A stretch of DNA of 44,844 bases from Acidimicrobiales bacterium (GTDB lineage Bacteria; Actinomycetota; Acidimicrobiia; Acidimicrobiales; JABEUL01): positions 1 through 44,844 of the forward strand of contig DAHXLF010000003.1 of assembly GCA_027371755.1 (NCBI GenBank). Reading direction: 5' to 3'. The notes below the pieces were generated by a model. It did not search any database. It was given only the letters and a program-made list of their open reading frames with translations, and was not told where the DNA came from. Below are positions 27,811 through 37,727 of this stretch, piece after piece. Within the stretch, counting starts at the first letter, position 1, and each line of letters starts with the position of its first letter. The position numbers and the translations under genes were made by a program.

Positions 27811-28315
27811 CGACAACGGTTTATTGCGGTTTATTGCACTAAACGGTGTCTTAGGATATTTTTTAACCTATAACGTCAGCTTATTTTTGCTTAGCGCTTT
27901 TATCTTTGATTTTTTGAATCTCGGTTTTTTAATAATTTTTTAATAAACTGTAAATCATTAAGCCAAGTTGAATACCAAAGACCTATAAGAACTCAAATAA
28001 GCCGTTTAAATTATTACAGCAGAATCTACTCAATAAATTATTTTCGATATAGGCATCATTGCTATAGCTCCTGGATTCTAAATCCCAATGAACCATTTCC
28101 ATTTAGACAAAAGGAAATCACCCATCCGCTTAATTAAAATGCTTAGAACCAACATAGTCGGAAAAACCAACTTTGTAGGACAAACATTTCAAAAATTAAA
28201 TATCTCATTGACTACTAATGTTGTGGATTTTTTGTCGCAGAGTTTCGTCAAATTAATGAGATATCGATGCGTTAATGCTGTAACACTGCCGTAAGATTTG
28301 AATTAAAAGGCTCGA

Positions 28316-28346
28316 TTGGGTAACTACACTTGGGTAACTACACTTG
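28316..28346. repeat. 14-bp tandem duplication
   Basis: TTGGGTAACTACAC x2 plus TTG. Confidence 0.85.
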
Positions 28347-28425
28347 AGTGAATATCCGGTAGGTATACTTTATAAGGCACCATTGCAATACCCGTTATAA
28401 TTATAATATTACGCTTTTATAACAC

Positions 28426-29190
28426 ATGTCTAATTATCGTAATTTCACCGCCAGATCAGTTATTCTTTCAGTTCTTTTGGGCTTAAGGCCGCCAAGTTTG
28501 CCTGTTTCGATGATTGTCAAAACTACAGAGCTTTTCAACATATCAGAAGGAACTACACGTACTGCAATATCAAGGATGCTAAAGAGTAAAGAGCTTAAAG
28601 TCAGTGGTACAAACTATGAAATAGCTTCAGTCAAACATCTTCAACGACAGGCACGTCAACTTGAATCACTTAAACCCAAATACAAGACGTGGGATGAATC
28701 CACTTGGATTTTAGCCATAGTCACACAATCCAATCGCGAAGCAGCCGAACGAGCACAGCTTAGGGATGATTTAAAATTCCATAAGTTCGGAGAGCTCAAA
28801 GAAGGAGTCTGGATCAGACCCGACAACTTAGAAGAAAACTACATCAAAGATCATAAACACCTAAGCTGGTTTAAATCGATTCCTGAGGACGATCCCAAAT
28901 ATTTGGTAAAAAAACTTTTTAAAATACATTCTTGGAATACTACAAGCATGCAGCTAACCGACCAATTGAATAACTTGGCCGGTCCTCTTCAACAAGAAGG
29001 AGCTCGCTACCTCAAAGACAGCTTTATAGTTATGGCTAAGGTCCTGAGGCATGTTCAAGACGATCCGCTTCTGCCGGCGCAACTTTTGCCTAAAGACTTT
29101 AAAGGGCAGGAACTTAGAGATACTTATTTTAAGTTCGATAAAATTTTTCGTAATTTAATGACGGCATGGTTGCTAAGTGAAAAATCCTAA
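28426..29190 (+). CDS. PaaX family transcriptional regulator
   Basis: ARSVILSVLLG...EGTTRTAISRM; R..LR..L....FGEL.EGVW.RP; DPLLP.QLLP. Confidence 0.9.
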   Translation: MSNYRNFTARSVILSVLLGLRPPSLPVSMIVKTTELFNISEGTTRTAISRMLKSKELKVSGTNYEIASVKHLQRQARQLESLKPKYKTWDESTWILAIVTQSNREAAERAQLRDDLKFHKFGELKEGVWIRPDNLEENYIKDHKHLSWFKSIPEDDPKYLVKKLFKIHSWNTTSMQLTDQLNNLAGPLQQEGARYLKDSFIVMAKVLRHVQDDPLLPAQLLPKDFKGQELRDTYFKFDKIFRNLMTAWLLSEKS

Positions 29191-29372
29191 ACAACGTCAG
29201 TTAATACAGTAAATACAAACTGAACAGCTCAATAGAATTTAGAAATTTATTTAAAATAGCAACGATATTTATTCGCAAATTGAATCTATCTGTCGCTTTT
29301 ATGAATTGATCTTTGATATAAATTTAATAGCTAAATTGTTTTTTTAGAGGTAAAAAAAGTAATGTTAAGGCT

Positions 29373-30380
29373 ATGTCTTTAACGTCTTTAACGAAAATCT
29401 TTTTTTTACAAAGAATCCGGCCTTTAAACAGTTCAATATCGCTAGCAAAAAAGGTATTTACGTTTTCGGTATTTGTTATAATCTCACTTACAATTGCATC
29501 ATGTGGTACAACTACCGTTTCTCACACTGCGGTAGTCGCCGACAAAAATGTTATTCCGATAATCAAACGTCCAATACTGATAGCGCATACTGCTGACGGA
29601 ACGGTATCATACCGTACCGACGGAGCGGGCCCTCCTTTGGTTCTTATAATGGGATATTCGGGATCGATGGACGCTTGGATGCCGACGTTCGTAGATACTT
29701 TGGCCAAATACCACGAAGTAATTATATTTGACAATGCGGGAATCGGGCAAACATCGATGCCAAACGGTACATTAACAATCGGCAAGATGGCACAGCAGAC
29801 CAACGCTCTGATTCGGTACTTACACCTGAACAAACCCGATGTACTCGGTTGGTCTATGGGAGGTATGATAGCTCAAGCACTGGCAATCAATTACCCCAAC
29901 GACGTAAATCATCTAATTTTGGCAGCTACTTTGCCAGGTAACGGACATGCCACTTCACCAAGTATGTCTACAGTTGCACAACTGACCAACACCTCCGCAT
30001 CCAATGCACTGAATTTACTGAACTTACTGTTTCCAAAAAATCAATCCGCGTGGACCACTAAATATATAGAGGCTTTGTCAAAATATCCAAATTTTTATGT
30101 TGCAGACCAAACTGTGACGACCGCACAATTTAACGCGCTTGCATTGTGGAGCTTCGCCAAAGATCCTTCGGGTTTTAAACTTAAAAGCGTCAAGGCACAA
30201 ACTTTGATTGCCGACGGATCGGACGATCAACTCATTCCTCAGGCAAATTCCAAATATATGCATTCGGTTATAAAAAATAGTAAACTAATCTTTTATCCGG
30301 ATGCCGGACACGGATTTTTGTTTCAGGATCAAAATAAATTCATACCGTTGCTTTTAAACTTTTTGAACAACAACAATTAG
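29373..30380 (+). CDS. alpha/beta hydrolase, probable lipoprotein
   Basis: Lipobox-like IASC; FDN.G.G; nucleophile GWSMGG; D and H of the triad (DDQL, AGHG). Confidence 0.88.
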   Translation: MSLTSLTKIFFLQRIRPLNSSISLAKKVFTFSVFVIISLTIASCGTTTVSHTAVVADKNVIPIIKRPILIAHTADGTVSYRTDGAGPPLVLIMGYSGSMDAWMPTFVDTLAKYHEVIIFDNAGIGQTSMPNGTLTIGKMAQQTNALIRYLHLNKPDVLGWSMGGMIAQALAINYPNDVNHLILAATLPGNGHATSPSMSTVAQLTNTSASNALNLLNLLFPKNQSAWTTKYIEALSKYPNFYVADQTVTTAQFNALALWSFAKDPSGFKLKSVKAQTLIADGSDDQLIPQANSKYMHSVIKNSKLIFYPDAGHGFLFQDQNKFIPLLLNFLNNNN

Positions 30381-30421
30381 AAACCTGCAGCCGACCTATT
30401 AAAGAGAAAACAATTTAAATC

Positions 30422-31192
30422 ATGATACAAGAACTATTTGACATAGACGGCAAGGTGGCACTGGTAACAGGTGGATCAAGAGGCATCGGTAAGATGATTG
30501 CTACTGGATTCGTGAAGTCGGGAGTAAAGACTTACATATCATCAAGAAAAGTCGAAGCTTGCAACGAGACCGCCGAGGAACTGTCCGAATTCGGAACATG
30601 CATAAGCCTACCGTTTGATTTGTCAACCGAAGCCAACTGTAAAGCTTTAGCCGAGGCGGTCGCAAAACATGAGAACAGCTTGGATATTTTAGTCAATAAT
30701 GCTGGTGCCACCTGGGGAGCACCGATTGAAACGTTTGATGATGCCGCATGGGACCGAGTACTGTCTTTAAACGTTAAGTGTGTTTTTCATTTAACGAAAT
30801 TTTTAATACCTCTATTAACTAAATCGGCGACTTTGGAATCTCCGTCCCGAGTTATCAACATAGGATCCATAGACGGCATTCAGGTACCGGTATTGGAGAC
30901 CTATTCTTATTCGGCCTCAAAAGCGGCGGTACATCAGCTGACAAAACACCTGGCTCGGAAACTGGCTCCATTTGTCACTGTAAATGCAATTGCACCCGGA
31001 CCTTTTGAATCGAAAATGATGCACGCCACCTTAGAAGCCTTCGGAGAACAAATCGCCGAAATGGCACCTATGAAAAGGATAGGCAGGCCATCGGATATGG
31101 CAGCAACCGCTATATTCTTGGCATCTCAGGGGGCATCGTATATAACGGGAGCAATACTACCCGTAGACGGTGGGATTGCCACACTTAAATAG
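30422..31192 (+). CDS. short-chain dehydrogenase/reductase (3-oxoacyl-reductase/RhlG-like)
   Basis: TGGSRGIG, NNAG, YSASK, VDGG. Confidence 0.92.
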   Translation: MIQELFDIDGKVALVTGGSRGIGKMIATGFVKSGVKTYISSRKVEACNETAEELSEFGTCISLPFDLSTEANCKALAEAVAKHENSLDILVNNAGATWGAPIETFDDAAWDRVLSLNVKCVFHLTKFLIPLLTKSATLESPSRVINIGSIDGIQVPVLETYSYSASKAAVHQLTKHLARKLAPFVTVNAIAPGPFESKMMHATLEAFGEQIAEMAPMKRIGRPSDMAATAIFLASQGASYITGAILPVDGGIATLK

Positions 31193-31209
31193 ATCGGTTG
31201 ATATTAAAA

Positions 31210-32628
31210 TTACCGATCTGCCAGAGGTATCTTAACTTCAAATGTCAGACCCGAATCGGATTCAGTTGGCCGAGCAGTTATCGTGCCATTGTGAGCCTGT
31301 ATGATCGCATAAACAATAGACAGCCCCAAACCGGATCCAGAAGTTACGCTTCCGTCGGATTTGACTTTATTTTCTCTATAGAATCTTTCAAATATCTTGT
31401 TTAAATCCGTGACACCTTTACCGTAATCCGAAACAATGTAGACTCCGTAGTTATCTTCAGTCGTAACCGTTACGCTCACTGGAGTGCCCTCTTTCGTATG
31501 GTTAAATATGTTACTTGCAAAATTAGTGACAACCTGTCGAAGTTTAACGGAATCACCCATAACAAACATGGGTTCAGCGGCATTCACCTTTACATTTCTG
31601 GAAGGATCCAGCAACAGAACATCGGCGGCAAGTTCATGAGCCAGCAATCTTAAGTCGACCGGTTCAAACTGGAGTTTCTGTCCCTCGTCAAGCCTTGCCA
31701 ATACCAAAAGCTCTTCTATAAGCTTAGACATACGCGACGCTTGCTCTTTAATCTTTTCGATACTCGGATCCTGAGAGTATGAATTTTTTAACAAGAGATC
31801 CGCATAACCCAAAATAAAGGTTAAGGGGGTGCGCAACTCATGAGATGCATCGGACAAAAACTCTCTTAGTCTTTGTTCACTTAAGGACCTGAGATAAAAT
31901 TCTTCTTGAATTCGCGCAACCATATTGTTAAAGTCGGTTTGAAGCTCGCCTATCTCTGTCTTTGGATTTGAGACCTCAAGACGCTGACTTAAATCACCCG
32001 AGCTGACGGCCTTAGAAGCTTTTCGAATTCTGTCGATCGGAGACAGCGACAGTTTTATTGCCAGCAATCCAATTAATATTGCCGCGGCAACGGCTAACAC
32101 TCCCGTGTAGATTTCAAAATGCAAAAGATTGGTCATAGTGTCATTTACTGCCGTCAACGGAAAAGCTTCAAGCAACACGTAAGTTTGACTCAAAGGATAT
32201 ATCAGTACCCTATAAGCTTCAGAAGATGCCTTGGGAGTTGCTGTAACATAAATTGCCTGTTGAGATGAGGTCGCAAGTTTTACAGATGCGGCACTTACCA
32301 GAGGAAAAGGTTGAAAAGCGGTAGTTTTATTTCCGTATGAAACCTGAATTGATGTTACTATAGCTCCGTTATCACGAAGCTGTCCCAATGCTCCGGCCTG
32401 CAAAGAGGTAGTGCCTACGGTGCCCGCGGTGTTGGTTCCCAAATTTATGTTTATTTGGGTTGCCCTCACCAGTTCATGAGTCATTTCATTTACAGATTGA
32501 AAGAGTTGCTGATCTTCGCGCCCGATTAGAAATGTTTGAAGTGAATTGTAAGTGACAACGTCTACAAGACAAAATATAAAAGCAATTAAACCGATAATTG
32601 CAACTAACAATCTGGACTTTAAAGACAT
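31210..32628 (-). CDS. HAMP-domain sensor histidine kinase
   Basis: Two TM helices, HAMP, DASHELRTPL, N-box, D.G.G, IFERFYR, GSGLGL. Confidence 0.95.
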   Translation of the reverse strand: MSLKSRLLVAIIGLIAFIFCLVDVVTYNSLQTFLIGREDQQLFQSVNEMTHELVRATQININLGTNTAGTVGTTSLQAGALGQLRDNGAIVTSIQVSYGNKTTAFQPFPLVSAASVKLATSSQQAIYVTATPKASSEAYRVLIYPLSQTYVLLEAFPLTAVNDTMTNLLHFEIYTGVLAVAAAILIGLLAIKLSLSPIDRIRKASKAVSSGDLSQRLEVSNPKTEIGELQTDFNNMVARIQEEFYLRSLSEQRLREFLSDASHELRTPLTFILGYADLLLKNSYSQDPSIEKIKEQASRMSKLIEELLVLARLDEGQKLQFEPVDLRLLAHELAADVLLLDPSRNVKVNAAEPMFVMGDSVKLRQVVTNFASNIFNHTKEGTPVSVTVTTEDNYGVYIVSDYGKGVTDLNKIFERFYRENKVKSDGSVTSGSGLGLSIVYAIIQAHNGTITARPTESDSGLTFEVKIPLADR

Positions 32629-32638
32629 GTCATTACCG

Positions 32639-32659
32639 GAGTCTCAAAATTTGAGACTC
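32639..32659. repeat. 10-bp perfect inverted repeat between regulator and kinase genes
   Basis: GAGTCTCAAA-a-TTTGAGACTC. Confidence 0.7.
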
Positions 32660-32672
32660 AAAATAGATCTAC

Positions 32673-33377
32673 TTATGGATTTTCTTTGTTTTTTATAACG
32701 TATCCGAATCCCCGTACAGTATGAATCAGCTTTGGCTCTTTGAAATCTACTTTTTTCCTCAAGTAACTAATATATGTTTCTAATATTCCCGAATCTCCAC
32801 CAAAGTCATAGTTCCAAACATAGTCCATAATTTGTGCTCTGGTAACAACTTTTTTGGCATTGGATAACAGATAGTGGAGAAGCCTAAACTCCGTAGTTGT
32901 CAAATCAATAAGTTTTCCGTCACGACGCACTTCCCTGGTCTCTTCATCCATCTCCAACCCGTGAAATTCCACGCGTCCTGAACCCCCTGCGTCATTTCCG
33001 GCGCGCCTTAAAATAGCATTTACTCTAGCAACCAACTCTTCCAAACTAAATGGTTTCGTAACGTAATCGTCTCCGCCGACTGTAAGTCCTCTGATTTTGT
33101 CTTCCGTTGAGTCCTTAGCCGTCAAAAACAGAATGGGAGTCCTGGGTGCCGAAGTTGAAATTTTCTTGGCTAAATCAAACCCGTTCATATCGGGCAACAT
33201 AACATCCAATATGATGATGTCAAACTTGTCGGCTAAATATTTTTTTATTGCTCCTGTCCCATTAGTGGCAACTTCTGGTTGAAATCCGGCAAATTTCAGT
33301 GCCGAAGCGATTAAGTCTGCCAATCCCGGTTCGTCGTCTACTACCAATACTCTGGGTGAATTTTTATTTAAAGCCAT
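32673..33377 (-). CDS. OmpR/PhoP family response regulator
   Basis: VVDDE, LDVMLPD, FLTAKD, DDYVTKPFSLEEL, winged helix YISYLRKK...TVRG.GY. Confidence 0.95.
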   Translation of the reverse strand: MALNKNSPRVLVVDDEPGLADLIASALKFAGFQPEVATNGTGAIKKYLADKFDIIILDVMLPDMNGFDLAKKISTSAPRTPILFLTAKDSTEDKIRGLTVGGDDYVTKPFSLEELVARVNAILRRAGNDAGGSGRVEFHGLEMDEETREVRRDGKLIDLTTTEFRLLHYLLSNAKKVVTRAQIMDYVWNYDFGGDSGILETYISYLRKKVDFKEPKLIHTVRGFGYVIKNKENP

Positions 33378-33383
33378 AAATAT

Positions 33384-33427
33384 ATTATGACATTAAGGTT
33401 TTAAATTAAGCTGTAAATTTCCTTAAA
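33384..33427 (-). promoter_or_regulatory. leaderless promoter of response regulator with possible autoregulatory direct repeats
   Basis: TGtCATAAT 6 nt before ATG; upstream TTTAAGG-4-TTACAGC-4-TTTAAAA with 11-bp period. Confidence 0.45.
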
Positions 33428-33443
33428 ATTTGCAGATTATCTA

Positions 33444-35747
33444 TCAATCTTCTTCTACCGTCTCAGGATACACTTCGGATTTGACCTTATACAACTTTGA
33501 GGGCCACCAGTTAATTCGTCCCAGTAAAACTACGGTAGACGGTACGAGAAGTGTTCTTACAAAGAACGTATCCATAATGATTCCCAGCGCTAAACCGAAC
33601 CCGACATTACTTATCTCAGACGAACCTGAAATAGCTCCTTCTATGGCAAAAACGATAAAGGTTCCAGCCAAAATTAACCCGGCGGAAGTTACCGTTGTGC
33701 CTGTCGTCGAAAGTGCCTTAGATACAGCCTGTCTTAAGGTCAAACCGTGAGCTTCCTCCCTAATCCTAGTCATTACCAAAATGTTATAGTCTTCTCCCAG
33801 GGCCAATAAAAATACAAACATCAAAAAAGGCAAAATGAAGGTCAATCCTCCGTCGTGCAATATGTCAATGAAAAGTAATACGGAAACTCCGAGTGCGGCA
33901 AAGTAGCTTACGGCCACCGAAGCAATTAGATACAGCGGAGCCACCAACGATCTCATGACCAAAATTAATAAAATGGCGATGATTAAAATCGCTATCGGAA
34001 TAACGGTTTTAAGGTCAGAAGACGATACGGAACTGATGTCATAGATAGCGGGAGCTTCTCCAGCTACCCCGGAATCAACTGCTGACACTTGACTGGCTAT
34101 TGCAGTAACCGAAGTTCTGATCTGCGGCACTAAATCAATTGAAGAGGTATTTTGGGGATCGCCGGTTGAAAGCCCCACTAGATACCGAACGGTTTCACCA
34201 TTTTGGGAAACAAAATTTTTAGATTCTGCATATGCGATATATTCAGACTCATTTACACTACCAGAAAGTAAATTTGAAGGCGGAAGTTGCGAAAGATTTT
34301 GCGGATTGCCTAATACGGAATGAAGCTTTGCCCACTGGGCGGCCGTTAGTTTAAGAGTTGAGACAGATAAAGGTCCCGAAATTTTACTAAAGTATCCGGT
34401 TTTTACCAAATTATTTTGAATTTGAGTAAGTTTAGTCGGATTTTGCCAAATCGGCCGATTGAATTTAAAGATCACTGCCGTGGGATTAGAGCTAATTTTG
34501 GGAAAGTACTTGGCGGCCAGCTGTGTCGCTATTGCTGCGTTGGAACCTTTCGGTGCCGTGGCGGTACCTCCGAATCCGGCCGGTTTGTCACCGGCTGAAA
34601 ATATGGCCATGGAACCAAAGAGAATAATACCGATAATTAAAGTAACACCCGGTTTTCTTACGATTGTCGCAGATATTTCACCCCATACCCCGGTTTTCTT
34701 TTGATCTGGATTAGGTCTGCTGGGCCAGAATACGGCCCTGCCAAATATGGCAAATAAAGCCGGTAGCAGTGTTAGACCCGCTAGCAACATAAAAAATATG
34801 CCAATAGCTAGCGGAGCGCCCAAAGATTTATATATGCCGAACGTAGAAGCCGTTAAGGACAAAAGAGCAGCAATAACGGTTCCGGCAGAAAACGTTATAG
34901 ACTCACCTACTCTGGTAACGGCTTTTATGATGGCGTCGTTATGAGACAGACCGTTTCTAATCTCTTCTCTTTGTCTGAAAATTAGAAACAGACCATAATC
35001 GGTACCAGCACCCAATAACAAAACGATAAGCAGAAATGAACTGATGGAAGAAACCTGCAATCCGTAATGCGCGAGTTCGGCTATGACCGGACCCGATAAC
35101 GCCACTACCAAAACTGCAGGGAGCAATACCAAAAACGGAGCCAGTATGGATCTAAAGACCAAAAACAGCAGCACCAAAATAAAAATAATCGAAAACAGCT
35201 GCAACTGATTTGAAGTATTACCAGACTTGGACTGACTGGCTACCCCTACGGCAACTTGACCTCCTACATACCCAGACAGATCACTTTGGGCCAAATTATG
35301 TTTAACTGCAGCCGTCAAATCCGATATCAACAAAACGTTGTTTGAAGCTGACGGACCTTGGGGTGTATTACTTAATACCTGAATCAGTTCTGCTTGTTTA
35401 TTCAACGATATACCCAAATCCTGAACCTTAACGATTGAAGTAACCCTAGAAAGTTGCTTTCTAAGTCCAGCGATCACATTTACATCATTGGAAGTGAGCA
35501 GGCCATTTTTAGAAACAACGACAATTTGAACTGGTATAACTCCCGTCGGTGAAAAGGGTGCATCCAAGGCCTCGGCTTTTGTAGAAGGCGAATTCGCAGG
35601 CAAAAACGCCGAATTATTGGAATTTGCTACTGAATTTAACGAAGGAAAAAAATGAACGGCCAAAATTGTCGCTACAAACCAAAAAATCACGATAAACCAT
35701 CGAGCTTTTACAGCAAAAGTGCCGACTCCCTTATAAAATTTGTGCAT
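33444..35747 (-). CDS. MMPL/RND family membrane transporter
   Basis: Two TM bundles; GAGTDYGLFL..R.REE; ALG.DYNILVMTRIREE; D.F.VR.LLVP; NWWP. Confidence 0.93.
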   Translation of the reverse strand: MHKFYKGVGTFAVKARWFIVIFWFVATILAVHFFPSLNSVANSNNSAFLPANSPSTKAEALDAPFSPTGVIPVQIVVVSKNGLLTSNDVNVIAGLRKQLSRVTSIVKVQDLGISLNKQAELIQVLSNTPQGPSASNNVLLISDLTAAVKHNLAQSDLSGYVGGQVAVGVASQSKSGNTSNQLQLFSIIFILVLLFLVFRSILAPFLVLLPAVLVVALSGPVIAELAHYGLQVSSISSFLLIVLLLGAGTDYGLFLIFRQREEIRNGLSHNDAIIKAVTRVGESITFSAGTVIAALLSLTASTFGIYKSLGAPLAIGIFFMLLAGLTLLPALFAIFGRAVFWPSRPNPDQKKTGVWGEISATIVRKPGVTLIIGIILFGSMAIFSAGDKPAGFGGTATAPKGSNAAIATQLAAKYFPKISSNPTAVIFKFNRPIWQNPTKLTQIQNNLVKTGYFSKISGPLSVSTLKLTAAQWAKLHSVLGNPQNLSQLPPSNLLSGSVNESEYIAYAESKNFVSQNGETVRYLVGLSTGDPQNTSSIDLVPQIRTSVTAIASQVSAVDSGVAGEAPAIYDISSVSSSDLKTVIPIAILIIAILLILVMRSLVAPLYLIASVAVSYFAALGVSVLLFIDILHDGGLTFILPFLMFVFLLALGEDYNILVMTRIREEAHGLTLRQAVSKALSTTGTTVTSAGLILAGTFIVFAIEGAISGSSEISNVGFGLALGIIMDTFFVRTLLVPSTVVLLGRINWWPSKLYKVKSEVYPETVEED

Positions 35748-35817
35748 TAATAATACAACTCCCTATGTAAAGTTTTAAATTTGAAACTTTTCGAATTTTT
35801 AAATCAATTACCCACGA

Positions 35818-36648
35818 CTAAGCATCAGCATAATTTTCGCCTAAAAACTCCGACAACATAGTCAGAGTTCTAGCCCAAGCATCCCTGGCGGCATCAATCG
35901 AATATGCCGGTCTGGTATCGTTATTAAAACCGTGAAGTACTTTGGGATAGATAACCGTTCTATAGTCACCGTTTACTTCTTTAACTTTAGATCTGAATGG
36001 TTCAATACCAGAATTAACACCCGGATCTTCACCGGCATAAATTCCCAAAAGCGGACAGCCAATTTTATCCATAATATCTTCGGTAGGAACCGACCCGTAA
36101 AACGAAACTCCTACGTCCAATTTGGAGTCCGAACAAACTAACGTCGATACAATTCCGCCTCCCATGCAGAACCCAACCGCTCCCACTTTTCTTGAACTGT
36201 TATTTGCTTTGCAACCCGCAATTATCGACTTAATAGTTTCTACATATTGAGTTCGCTTCCCCATTTGAGAAAATACGACTTCTTGAGTTTTGATCAATCT
36301 CGAAACCAATTCGGGATCCATATCTTTAAAGGCTTCCTGCCTTTTTTGCTCGTCGGCAAAAACCGCAAAACCCAGAGTATCTATTACGCCTTTAATCTCT
36401 TCGACTCTTTCGAAGCTTGCTTCATGCGGCCGAAGACCTCCTAAAGACAAAAGGTCTGGAGCGACCACAGAGTAACCGGCTTTAGCTAATCTGATGGCCA
36501 CATCTTCCATGTGATCATTTACTCCCCATACCTCCTGAACCAGCACAACCGCCGGAGCCGAGTTCTCAGTTTGAACGTACGAACTCATGAAAGCTTGAAT
36601 AGAAGTATCTCCTACCTCTAAGTTTTCCCAACCGAACTTTAATTCCAT
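35818..36648 (-). CDS. dienelactone hydrolase family protein
   Basis: QEVWGVN, APDL, GFCMGG, FYG, HGF.ND.R..Y...AA.DAW. Confidence 0.92.
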   Translation of the reverse strand: MELKFGWENLEVGDTSIQAFMSSYVQTENSAPAVVLVQEVWGVNDHMEDVAIRLAKAGYSVVAPDLLSLGGLRPHEASFERVEEIKGVIDTLGFAVFADEQKRQEAFKDMDPELVSRLIKTQEVVFSQMGKRTQYVETIKSIIAGCKANNSSRKVGAVGFCMGGGIVSTLVCSDSKLDVGVSFYGSVPTEDIMDKIGCPLLGIYAGEDPGVNSGIEPFRSKVKEVNGDYRTVIYPKVLHGFNNDTRPAYSIDAARDAWARTLTMLSEFLGENYADA

Positions 36649-37065
36649 ATCAAATCCCTGTTTAAAATAAATCGCTATATTTGCTTAAATCTCTGAAGTT
36701 GATTAAATCCCAATATTTGATTAATCGCTGTTAGCTATTAATTCTTGATACCGGTCAATACATTTTATTTACTGATTGTTTACAAACTTCAGTTTTATAA
36801 AAAGTTAATCTGGCTCATTTGATAAAGACGTTAATTCAAATTCTTTAAATTTATGCATCAAAACTTAAACCACACTCTAATTTTAATCTAGATAAAAAAA
36901 CAAATTTTAAAGCTAATATTTGCCGTTCAATTAAGATTTTAATAATATTTTAAGGAAAGCTTTTTTGACAAATAAGGCAAATTCCAAAACAAAAAACAGG
37001 AATTAAAAAATCTACTAAAATATTTATCTGCGATATCGTTATTTAAAACGGTTATATAGTACTTG

Positions 37066-37133
37066 ATTTCAATCACTGGATTATTTCAATCACTGGATTA
37101 TTTCAATCACTGGATTATTTAAATTCCTGGATT
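37066..37133. repeat. 17-bp tandem repeat, 3 perfect copies plus 1 degenerate
   Basis: ATTTCAATCACTGGATT x3 then ATTTAAATTCCTGGATT. Confidence 0.9.
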
Positions 37134-37255
37134 ATCTATTGGATGATTAATGGATCGGGATCATTAAGAATTAGTTTTGGCTAACTCTTAACTCTTGTGA
37201 TGATTGAGGCAAAGAGTGTCTGCTATATACTCATTTTAGCTTTATTATACCGTTT

Positions 37256-37333
37256 GGACCTGTAGTGCAGCCTGGAGTGCACGTCGGCCTGTCAAGCCGA
37301 AGGTCGCGGGTTCAAATCCCGTCAGGTCCGCCA
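37256..37333 (+). tRNA. tRNA-Asp(GTC)
   Basis: Acceptor GGACCTG/CAGGTCC, anticodon arm TCGGC-CTGTCAA-GCCGA, GGTTCAAATCC, encoded CCA. Confidence 0.97.
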
Positions 37334-37334
37334 C

Positions 37335-37376
37335 TAAAGTTTAAATTAAAAACTGATCATTTTAATTTAAACTTTA
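37335..37376 (+). terminator. 17-bp AT-rich inverted repeat immediately after tRNA-Asp
   Basis: TAAAGTTTAAATTAAAA-actgatca-TTTTAATTTAAACTTTA. Confidence 0.55.
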
Positions 37377-37536
37377 ATTCAATACATAGATAAAACTTTG
37401 TAAACAGAATCCAAGTCAGTTAATCTCTCTAAATCAGGTAAAATCTATTTGGTCAAGTTGGTTCAAAACGAGAAGTTTAAAACTGAACTGATTTGAAGTC
37501 ATTTTATGATAAGTTAAATACCTGATTAAATCAAAA

Positions 37537-37609
37537 GGTCGAGTAGCTCAGTTGGTAGAGCGCGCGCCTGAAAAGCGTGAGGTCACCGGATCGATGCCGG
37601 TCTCGACCA
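37537..37609 (+). tRNA. tRNA-Phe(GAA)
   Basis: Acceptor GGTCGAG/CTCGACC, TAGCTCAGTTGGTAGAGC, anticodon loop CTGAAAA, T arm ACCGG-ATCGATG-CCGGT; CCA not encoded. Confidence 0.95.
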
Positions 37610-37685
37610 CTTAAGTTTAATGAAAATTGATATATTAAGTCAGTTGTTAAAATAACTTGTTCAACTCATAACGATATCTAACATC

Positions 37686-37727
37686 GTATTTTTTATAAAC
37701 CTCTGTGTATTTTTTATAAACCTCTGT
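37686..37727. repeat. 21-bp tandem duplication
   Basis: GTATTTTTTATAAACCTCTGT x2. Confidence 0.85.

Noticed and set aside
28088-28294. 68-aa ORF
   Set aside because: No RBS or recognisable motif; plausible chance ORF in an AT-rich spacer.
37066-37133. Possible CRISPR array
   Set aside because: Repeats abut with no spacers, the unit is only 17 bp, and there are no cas genes.
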